Shown here in pieces: positions 62,560 through 64,000 of a DNA stretch of 64,000 bases. The number at the start of each line of letters is the position of its first letter. The stretch's first letter is position 1. A model generated the notes under the pieces. That model was not told where the DNA came from. It made no database searches and saw nothing but the letters and a program-made list of their open reading frames with translations. The stretch is from Heptranchias perlo. Its lineage: Eukaryota. The translations under genes were made by a program, and so were the position numbers. The stretch is from contig NC_090346.1 of NCBI RefSeq assembly GCF_035084215.1, forward strand, positions 43,338,001 to 43,402,000, given 5' to 3'.

Positions 62560-63860
62560 TTAAATGCAGGAACAACATGGGATTAAAGTAATAAGTGGCA
62601 AAAAAGGGAAGACATTTCTTCAATGTGTTTAGGCCTCCTTTCTGGATCAGTATATTTTTAGTCCAACAAGGTAAGAGTTGGATCTAGTAACTAGAAAATG
62701 AAGTGGGGCAAGTAGGTGATGGAAGGGAAATATTTAGGAATTAAGCGACGATAACGTAATTAGGTTTGATATAAAGTTTCAGATGGAAAGAGAACAAAGT
62801 TAATGGTATCTGACTGAAAAAAAGCCAGTTTCTAGCAGATTAAAAGTAAGGGGATTAGCTGAGATAAATTAGACTGAAAAACTAGCAGATAAAACACTGC
62901 ACCAACAATTGGAAACGTTCAATTAGGAGATGATTGTGGTACAGGTTGGACATATTTCCACAAGAAGAAAAGCACTAGCCTGGATGAGCAGAGAAATTAA
63001 AATGCGACTTAAAAAAGAGGCACATGACTTATCTCGGGCTAATAATAGAAAAGAAAATCAAAATTAGAAAGGCTGAGAGGGTATGAAGAAAGACTGACAG
63101 GTAACATAAAGGAAAATAGTAAAGGATTTTATAGACACATTAAAAAAAATTAAGGAAATATGGTCAATTAGGGATGAAAAGGGAAAGACAGAGATGCTAA
63201 ATAGTTATTTTGCCTTGGTTGTCACAAGATTGTGGTAGTGAAAGTGTACAAAAGGGTGAGGTGGAACAGTCATATAGGATAACTATTGATAAGGAAGTGA
63301 CACTGAAAAAAAGTGATGGAACTCAAAGTGGAAAAGGCCTGATGTCATCATCCCAGAATGCTGACCTAAATCAGAGAGAAAATAGCAGCAATTCTCATTA
63401 CAATCTTTCAAACATCCTTGGATTTGGAAGTTGGGCTATTGGAATGGAGGCTTGCCAATGTAACGCTTCAGTTCAAAAATAGAGAATGGTAACAATAGAC
63501 CAGTCAGCCTAGGGTCGGAAGTGGCTAAGCTACTAGAGGCCATAATATTAGATAAAATTAATACTCCCCTGGAAAGACATGAATTAATTAAGGCCTTTAT
63601 AAAAGGCATCTCATGCCTGACAAACTTAATAGAGCTTTTGAAGAAACAACAGATATTGATAAAATAAATGTAATCGATGTATATATGAATTTTCAAGAGG
63701 TGTTGGATAAGATGCCCAATAGGGGCCTCTTGATAAAATGAAGGTACCCAATATTATTTGTAGGTAACATAAAATAAGGAGCGGTTAACTGAAGAGGATT
63801 GTAAGTGACTTCAGGCGGGGATAAACAACTTAGTAGATTGGGCAGATAAATATCAGATGA
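62560..63860 (+). mobile_element. Old, heavily decayed CR1 ORF2 fragments
   Basis: Remnants of W..ANVT..FK, N.RPVSL, SCLTNLIE and D..Y..F....DK.P motifs. Confidence 0.7.
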
Positions 63861-64000
63861 GATTCCTCTTCTTCCCTCCCCCCCCCCCCCCCCCCCCTCC
63901 CTCCCCACCCCCCCCCCCCGGCCCCCGGACAGTGCAAAGTAACTCAGTAAAAGGATCATTGTTAATCCTGCATTCTACGCACCCATTTAGTCCATGCACA

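Noticed and set aside
63870-63927. Long poly-C / G-quadruplex tract
   Set aside because: Low-complexity homopolymer next to decayed LINE sequence; its length is unreliable and there is no functional context.

Overview
Vertebrate genomic DNA. The repeat content (CR1 and L2 LINEs, tRNA-headed Deu-domain SINEs, Penelope-derived palindromes) points to a cartilaginous fish, most likely a shark. I traced four intron-containing genes exon by exon, with GT-AG boundaries and consistent phases. PARN (minus strand) shows coding exons 1-5 and runs off the left edge. BFAR (plus) is complete, with 7 coding exons and 452 aa. NT5M (minus) is complete, with 5 coding exons and 225 aa from the ATG at 53013. COPS3 (plus) shows only exon 1. 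The arrangement is PARN<- ->BFAR-> <-NT5M<- ->COPS3. Two structures stand out. (1) A ~4.3-kb, 30-bp-unit minisatellite with higher-order structure grew in situ from a SINE body directly upstream of the PARN start. (2) A young, TSD-flanked 487-bp Penelope-type insertion in a BFAR intron carries two opposed minimal hammerhead-ribozyme motifs and an inverted 237-bp copy of nearby host intron DNA. Most ORFs in the supplied track are LINE fragments or noise. Repeat boundaries are approximate and were read by eye.
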